A stretch of DNA of 64,000 bases from Bacteroidales bacterium (lineage in GTDB: Bacteria; Bacteroidota; Bacteroidia; Bacteroidales; CAIWKO01), in the NCBI GenBank assembly GCA_023228145.1, contig JALOBU010000005.1:5573-69572 (forward strand), written 5' to 3'. Below the pieces are notes generated by a model. The model was not told the origin of the DNA, did not search any database, and worked only from the letters and a program-made list of their open reading frames with translations. Made by a program: the position numbers and the translations under genes. Of this stretch, positions 62,459 through 64,000 are shown one piece after another; the stretch's first letter is position 1; each line of letters begins with the position of its first letter.

Positions 62459-64000
62459 TTATCTTTTACTTTTCAGAATAAATCCCGTAAACAAAACCAT
62501 TAACAAAATTGAAACAGTTACAAACAAGTACATATTCTGTCTCAACAAAACTATCCACTCTATTTTTTCGGTGAAATAACCGGATGTAAAACAAAAATAC
62601 GGGTCAGTACCAACCTGATAGTATATTCCATTTCTTATGTCAATATCATTCAGTAATAGTTTTTCAGGTTTTATTTTGCAAATATCAAAATCATTTCTAA
62701 AAACCCCTGTTTTTGTTATCAGGCTCATGCAACTTATATCTGCGGTACTGTCGTTAATGTCGCAACGCAGGAATTTATTATCGTTCAGGTTTAAATCCAT
62801 TTTGTAAAACCGCCTCCAGAGATACAAAGAATTAACTTTCTCCGCATCAAAAAACGGGTTATTGCTGTAATAAATATCTACTCCTCTCACTACACGCTCT
62901 GTTTTCACCGCCAGCTTGCCACTTTCATCAGGCACTGCAAAATAGACAATTAACATTAAAAATGTGGCCGATATGGTTGCAAAAATAGTATTAAGTCTGG
63001 ACGGAGATGCTGCAACAATAATTATTAAAACTAAAATAAAAATAAAAAACACCAATACCCTCATTTGTTCATTAGTCTTATTATCATGCCAGGTAAAAGC
63101 AGGAGCAAATCTTATCGTTACAGGTGTATTTGAATTTTCAACAAGGACATCCATACCGGCACCTTTTATTTTTTTTGCATTAGTAATCCGGCAGTTTTCC
63201 ATCTGCCCTGGGTACAACGTTGCAACTTTTCCTTTCGTATAATAATTCATTGATAGCAACGAAACAGTGTCGCCCGCATGAAACCCGCTGAGGCGCAACA
63301 GCAGGCATGCTTTATCATCCAATGCTTCACATTCTGTCTGCAGAAGTTTATAGGCCTGCAACGAGTCTGTTTGCCATTCGCTTAAAGGCTTGCCTCCACC
63401 GAACAATTCAATATTTGCAGCTTTTGCCGTTTTTATCGAGAAATATAATTTATCCTTTTCTGCAACAGACTGCTTTGTACCGCTTTGCCATGTAACAAAA
63501 GCCCAAAAAGCCGGTATCACTATAAATAAAAGATGTATTCCTTGTAGACTGTTTTTAAATTTTTCGGGCAAAATAAAATGCAAAGAAAGGAGTATCATAA
63601 AAGCCAGAAGAGAAGCCAGTAAGAACATATTTTGCCGGGAAAATAAAACCAGCTTAAAACTTTTTTGAAATCCGGCATGTGTAAATAAAAAGTAAGGGTC
63701 ATTGCCGCATACAATATATTTTCCGTCTTTCAAAATCAAATCATTCAGTATCAAATTTCCTGTAACAACATCAGAAATTTTCCAAGATTTATTTAACACA
63801 CCCGAGCTAAGTCCAAAACTCAAGTCAAACGCAGCATGTTTAGCACTTTCCAAATCAATGCGCATAAAAGGCTTACTTTCAATATCTGTTGGATATTCAA
63901 AAACATGAACTCCCGAATCGCTTTCAAAAACCATATCTCCCGAAAAACAAGGAGTTGTACTGCAAAATGTTTCAAATCTTTGAACAGGTTTATCTGAAAT
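62459..64000 (-). CDS. Polytopic membrane protein paralogous to the N-terminal modules of the 1137-aa AlgX-fusion protein (5'-partial; frame open to window end)
   Basis: It has the same two-module architecture, with G.DPYF + TM ends encoded at 63689-63700 (CGNDPYFLF) and 62594-62605 (VGTDPYFCF). There is no stop between the first Met (63934) and nt 64000, so the N-terminus may lie outside the window. It has no SGNH domain. Confidence 0.8.
   Translation of the reverse strand: MSDKPVQRFETFCSTTPCFSGDMVFESDSGVHVFEYPTDIESKPFMRIDLESAKHAAFDLSFGLSSGVLNKSWKISDVVTGNLILNDLILKDGKYIVCGNDPYFLFTHAGFQKSFKLVLFSRQNMFLLASLLAFMILLSLHFILPEKFKNSLQGIHLLFIVIPAFWAFVTWQSGTKQSVAEKDKLYFSIKTAKAANIELFGGGKPLSEWQTDSLQAYKLLQTECEALDDKACLLLRLSGFHAGDTVSLLSMNYYTKGKVATLYPGQMENCRITNAKKIKGAGMDVLVENSNTPVTIRFAPAFTWHDNKTNEQMRVLVFFIFILVLIIIVAASPSRLNTIFATISATFLMLIVYFAVPDESGKLAVKTERVVRGVDIYYSNNPFFDAEKVNSLYLWRRFYKMDLNLNDNKFLRCDINDSTADISCMSLITKTGVFRNDFDICKIKPEKLLLNDIDIRNGIYYQVGTDPYFCFTSGYFTEKIEWIVLLRQNMYLFVTVSILLMVLFTGFILKSKR

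Noticed and set aside
1-64000. tRNA, rRNA, tmRNA, RNase P or SRP RNA genes
   Set aside because: Scanning for hallmark strings (GGTTCGAATCC-type T-arms, tmRNA tag/ACCA ends, the RNase P GAGGAAAGTCC core, the SRP GGAAG/AGCA loop) found none. All sizeable intergenic gaps were inspected.

Overview
This is a low-GC chromosomal segment that I assign to Bacteroidota. The assignment rests on many cargo proteins carrying Por_Secre_tail-type T9SS C-terminal domains, a short 288-aa RpoD, TAnnTTTG -7 promoter boxes upstream of several genes, and FISUMP-domain paralogs. About 75% of the window is tightly packed housekeeping: ffh, mtgA, split transketolase, ychF, pnuC, dapF, mltG, an HtrA-family protease, rpoD, psd-cdsA, ftsH, rsfS, birA, pyrE and dcp. 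These are interspersed with large T9SS-secreted repeat proteins. I saw no rRNA, tRNA, CRISPR array, intact transposase, integrase or prophage. The stand-out region is 49.6-64.0 kb and runs off the right edge of the window. It holds two divergent operons. One encodes an MBOAT (AlgI/DltB-like) acyltransferase, a 1137-aa polytopic protein ending in an AlgX/AlgJ-type DxHW SGNH domain, two tandem paralogous cobalamin-type radical SAM enzymes and two class I methyltransferases. The other encodes an FkbH-like HAD-IIIC loader, a small acyl carrier protein and a third class I methyltransferase. A second paralogous polytopic membrane protein follows. I interpret this as a carrier-protein-dependent, Dlt/Alg-like trans-envelope O-acylation system. 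In this reading an FkbH-type loader replaces the DltA ligase, and the ACP-bound acyl unit is heavily methylated before export. I do not recognise this combination as a characterised pathway. Secondary observations: CAGTnnn heptanucleotide arrays bracket the ACP gene. A three-gene FISUMP cassette is flanked by a 22-bp direct repeat and contains a GC-rich structured element and one GC-rich, probably foreign, gene. There is also a ~190-nt structured candidate sRNA, a cohesin/dockerin-like pair in a T9SS protein, and an alpha/beta-fold protein that appears to lack its catalytic Ser and His. All calls come from reading the translations and the DNA by eye; no database search was possible.
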